8,699 nucleotides of DNA from assembly GCF_006345805.1 (NCBI RefSeq), contig NW_021828363.1, positions 1-8,699 of the forward strand, given 5' to 3'. Position numbers and translations under genes: made by a program. The stretch's first letter is position 1. Every line of letters starts with the position of its first letter. The notes under the pieces are model-generated. The model was not told the DNA's origin, did no database searches, and worked only from the letters and a program-made list of their open reading frames with translations. This DNA comes from Octopus sinensis. Lineage: Eukaryota. Positions 5,246 through 8,699 of the stretch are shown one piece after another.

Positions 5246-8234
5246 GAAAGAAACTAATTAACTAAGTAATTTTACTAACTAAGTCCAGAGCCTTCGAAGT
5301 GAGCAGAAGGCGGCACTCCACGCACCTCCTCCCCTTCTTCCTCCTCTTCTCTGGCACTGTAGACCTTCGAGAAGGTGCAGTCCAGCGCCTCTTGCTGACT
5401 AAACGTCAGGAAAGGGCTGGATCGGCGAGCATCAAACGAGACACTCTCCAGAGTCCTCTTAAGAACAGTTGACTGTATATAAGCCTGTAGAGACTTATCT
5501 ACATCCAACTGTCTTAAGTACCGCTTGTGGTATTTGGTGACCAGTCCATCCCATGTCATCACACACGGGATGACATGGACTTTGCACTGGTGCATCAGTC
5601 CTAGCTCGTTTGCAAGGAGGTCATACTTCCTCCTTTTCTCCACTTCCACTATCTGCAAACGGTCTAGGCACGTGATGCCCACCTCCACGATAACAATCTC
5701 CCCGGTGACCTTATCGTGGACCACAATGTCGGGTCTGTTGTGCTGGACAACAATCGAGGTGCGTATGGGGGTATCCACCTTAATGCACACCCGCGAGTTC
5801 TCACACACCGATTGAACTCGATGGGTTCGCAACTTTCTGGACCGCCTCAAGCCGTACTTATTGCAGAGCAAAAGATGGAGGGACCTCACCACCTCGTTAT
5901 GCCTCCATGTGTAATCATGGTAAAGCATACTCCCGCACTTCGTGGCTAAATGGTCAACGGTCATTGCCTTACTCTTACAGTGGTTACACTGTTTCCGTTG
6001 ACCATTAAAAAAGTTTCTATCCTGCAAATATGAGAACAACCCTTCTGATCGGGGAGAGTTATTCCCATATTTCAGCCACGTAGATGACGACGATACGTCA
6101 ATGTGCGGGTTGTCCAGGCTGCTAAAGAGAGTCTTGTGAAGGACTTTTAAGTTGATCTTTTTAATTAAAGACTCCTTTTGAAGTTTGATCAACTCCTTCA
6201 CATTAACTTGGGTAGCACCTAGACCATACTTAGCCGACACATAGCCTTTTATGGTTCCTAGGTGTGTACCACGCGCTTTTTCAGCAGCAAGGATGGCAGC
6301 CTTCCTTTGGGATACACTCGACCCACTCCACAAGGTGTCGTGCATCTTAGTAAGAATTCGCTCACTTAAGTGTACGATGTTACTCAGTCCACGTCCTAGC
6401 TGCCCGCGAGACAAGTACAATCTCTCCTTATTGCTTGCCAACACGTGGACATGATTCTCTCGGAGTACTCTTCGGACAATAAGGTCCATTTCATCGTACT
6501 CACTCGGCTCGAATTCGATCAGGCCAACGTAGTAGTTTAGCAATGAGATGGCATACTCGTTCAAGGCATGAAATAAGTTCCGTGCATTGAGCCAAGTCTT
6601 ACATAACATTGCCGCCCTACTACGCACACCCTCCACTACACACTTTCTCGTTTCGGGTGTGATTAATGAGGCTGGACTCTCAACCACACCAAGATACTTA
6701 TATCCTTGGTGTTCCTCCAAGACTTTGACTAGGTCACCGCACACAGGGGTGTTAGTCGCCGACTTGTCGTAGTTGAGCTCCAACCCCACGGCCTTCATGA
6801 AACCTTTCAGGACTTTACCCATTGAGTGGAGGATCTCTGAAGACCGAGCGAACAGCTTAATGTCGTCTATGAACATGAGATGGTTGGTGCTAAAACACCC
6901 TCCTTCATGTTCGATCGACATTTGTTCGAATTGGGCAGTGAGGACTCTACTCAGCGGTTCTAGGCAGAGGACGAACAGCAGCGGAGACATGCTGTCGCCC
7001 TGTAATATGCCCCTCTCTAGTTTCACCTCGCCTATATCGCATTTGTTGTAATTTAGATGGACGTTCCACCTGTCCATCACAGTTGCAACAAATTTGATAA
7101 ACCACATTGGCAACTTAAGCCTTCGCAGACACTCAACGAGGTAGGCATGATCAACCGAGTCATATGCCTTCTTCACATCCACCCACATTGACACTAGTGA
7201 GTTTCCGTGGGCTCTCGCGAGGCATTTGTTGATCAGTGCCTGCTCCTTAGCTCCCTGGCAATCCCGCCGAGTACCTAACTGGTTCTCGGACAGAATCCCA
7301 TTCACCTCCACGAAATTTCTGACCTCAGTAGCCACCCCCTTAGTCATCAACTTGTACAGGTTGGGCATACAGGTTATCGGACGATAATCTGTCGGAGCGG
7401 AAGGGTTATCTACTTTAGGGATCAAATAAGTGACCCCAGTACATAACCACTCTGGAATCGAGCCAGGGTCTAGTGTAAACTGTTCGATTGCTCGACACAT
7501 GCAATCATGGATAGGTTTGCAATTTTTAATAAAGAAATTATACACTTTATCGACCCCAGGTGTCTTCCAGTCAGAGAGACGGGTTACTGCTTCATCGAAC
7601 TTCTTGCGGATGTCAGAGACACCACAAGACTCGGTCATCAAGGGAGCATCGGGTCCACAAAACGGAAACGACACACCCTTGCGAGGACGTGCTTTCCACA
7701 TACTCCCCCATGTGTCAAACATTTCGGCCATTTGCTGGGTACCCTCCTTCGTCTCTCCGTGCAACCGACGATAGAACGACCTGCGATTAAATTCAAACAG
7801 GTTGTTCTCCCGCCTGCGCTGACACCGAGACTCATGAGTTGAGAGCTTCTTCTGATAAACGAGAATCAGCTCCTCCCTCTCTGCCCGGACACGCCTCAAC
7901 TCGTTGAGGTCCCATTTGGCAGCTCGTTCCCGACGAAGTAAAGTACGCACCAAGGGGGGAGTCTTGCCCTTGACCCCATTGCTCACATTCAAAATGTGCC
8001 CAGTCAGCGCTTCCAGCTCGGCTTTCCTTGCGGCTACTTTTGCGGCAATGTTTTCTCTCCATCTACTCTTTGGGGCAGGCCTCTGAGTGATTTCATCATA
8101 GGTTGTCTGTGCCGAGTACAAATAGAGAGAAATCTCGTCCATTGTCTCCGGAGGCTCACGCACGATCGCGTAAGCTATGGCACGATTGATGCAACCCATC
8201 ACGTCACTTCTGAGTTGCCCACCGAGTATCTTAC
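5246..8234 (-). mobile_element. Non-LTR retrotransposon with restriction-like endonuclease (R4/Dong-like clade), 5'-truncated
   Basis: It has a single RT-CCHC-RLE ORF and a sharp composition shift (one sampled line 31/60 GC, versus 8/60 and 18/60 in flanking lines). The reading frame stays open upstream of 8202 to the AT-rich junction (KILGGQLRSDVMGCIN), indicating 5' truncation. The 3' UTR is very short. Boundaries are approximate. Confidence 0.9.
5275..8202 (-). CDS. Reverse transcriptase with C-terminal CCHC zinc knuckle and PD-(D/E)xK restriction-like endonuclease (N-terminally truncated)
   Basis: RT motifs are WKTPGVD, YRPITCMPNLYKL, WVDVKKAYDSVDH, RGILQGDSMSPLLF, HLMFIDDIKL and YKYLG. 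The zinc knuckle is CNHC-x8-H-x4-C, followed by RHNEV and the endonuclease NRPDIVV...IVEVGIT...EKRRKY. The ORF runs 975 codons without stop or frameshift. Confidence 0.95.
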   Translation of the reverse strand: MMGCINRAIAYAIVREPPETMDEISLYLYSAQTTYDEITQRPAPKSRWRENIAAKVAARKAELEALTGHILNVSNGVKGKTPPLVRTLLRRERAAKWDLNELRRVRAEREELILVYQKKLSTHESRCQRRRENNLFEFNRRSFYRRLHGETKEGTQQMAEMFDTWGSMWKARPRKGVSFPFCGPDAPLMTESCGVSDIRKKFDEAVTRLSDWKTPGVDKVYNFFIKNCKPIHDCMCRAIEQFTLDPGSIPEWLCTGVTYLIPKVDNPSAPTDYRPITCMPNLYKLMTKGVATEVRNFVEVNGILSENQLGTRRDCQGAKEQALINKCLARAHGNSLVSMWVDVKKAYDSVDHAYLVECLRRLKLPMWFIKFVATVMDRWNVHLNYNKCDIGEVKLERGILQGDSMSPLLFVLCLEPLSRVLTAQFEQMSIEHEGGCFSTNHLMFIDDIKLFARSSEILHSMGKVLKGFMKAVGLELNYDKSATNTPVCGDLVKVLEEHQGYKYLGVVESPASLITPETRKCVVEGVRSRAAMLCKTWLNARNLFHALNEYAISLLNYYVGLIEFEPSEYDEMDLIVRRVLRENHVHVLASNKERLYLSRGQLGRGLSNIVHLSERILTKMHDTLWSGSSVSQRKAAILAAEKARGTHLGTIKGYVSAKYGLGATQVNVKELIKLQKESLIKKINLKVLHKTLFSSLDNPHIDVSSSSTWLKYGNNSPRSEGLFSYLQDRNFFNGQRKQCNHCKSKAMTVDHLATKCGSMLYHDYTWRHNEVVRSLHLLLCNKYGLRRSRKLRTHRVQSVCENSRVCIKVDTPIRTSIVVQHNRPDIVVHDKVTGEIVIVEVGITCLDRLQIVEVEKRRKYDLLANELGLMHQCKVHVIPCVMTWDGLVTKYHKRYLRQLDVDKSLQAYIQSTVLKRTLESVSFDARRSSPFLTFSQQEALDCTFSKVYSAREEEEEGEEVRGVPPSAHFEGSGLS

Positions 8235-8246
8235 AAAAAAATGTTT

Positions 8247-8529
8247 ATAGAAATAATGAAAAAAAACCATAAATAACAAGTAAAAACTATTCATCACAGA
8301 AAAATATAAAATAAATATTTTTTAGATATAGAAAATGTATAAAAATGGGAGAAATCAATTAAAATGTTTCAGTCATTATTAATAATGTTTATAGAATGAT
8401 GAAAAATACATGATTCTTCAAACCAATAATTAATTATAAAATTAAAGGATCAAGGAACCAATAGACATAGAAATAATGAAAAAAACCATAAATAACAAGT
8501 AAAAACTATTCATCACAGAAAAATATAAA
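8247..8529 (+). repeat. ~63-bp direct repeat, two copies 220 bp apart
   Basis: ATAGAAATAATG(A)nCCATAAATAACAAGTAAAAACTATTCATCACAGAAAAATATAAA occurs at 8247-8310 and 8467-8529, differing only in A-run length. Confidence 0.9.
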
Positions 8530-8699
8530 TACATCAACCACAAAAAGTAATGACAAACTACACGTCATATAATACGTTATTTTAGGAATTAAATAAAATC
8601 TTGAAATTAAAAAAAAAATAAATTATAATTTTAGTTATTTGCATTCAAATTACACTGGTTCAAATTATTTGTCATTGTCTCCTCATTATAATAAACTTT

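Noticed and set aside
6855-6885. FIDD instead of YxDD at the RT active site as a sign of inactivation or novelty
   Set aside because: Both catalytic aspartates are intact, and F for Y at this position is common among non-LTR RTs.
5525-8250. Multiple short ORFs overlapping the RT gene on either strand
   Set aside because: These are shadow ORFs expected in GC-richer coding DNA, with no recognisable motifs.

Overview
AT-rich eukaryotic DNA in the standard genetic code, made almost entirely of nested or adjacent transposable elements. No prokaryotic operon, RNA gene or CRISPR array is evident. From left to right: (1) a ~2.5 kb non-autonomous Helitron on the minus strand (5' TC at 2776, 3' hairpin+CTAG at 248). 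It carries a Pif1-like helicase C-terminal fragment, a 105-bp duplication and a ~14.4 x 93-bp tandem array. (2) A decayed rve/DDE integrase (Ginger-like) DNA transposon on the minus strand, interrupted by the Helitron, with a candidate TGT terminus at 3847. (3) A hAT-like (DUF659-type) transposase pseudogene on the plus strand with subterminal repeats. (4) A 5'-truncated but uninterrupted, GC-richer non-LTR retrotransposon (RT + CCHC + restriction-like endonuclease, R4/Dong-like) on the minus strand. The most notable observation is that both DNA-transposon genes appear to be split by tiny 24-27 nt GT-AG introns, whose removal restores conserved transposase motifs. A second is an apparent empty copy of the retrotransposon's target site about 130 bp beyond its 5' junction. 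All family assignments come from recognising motifs by eye, not from database searches.
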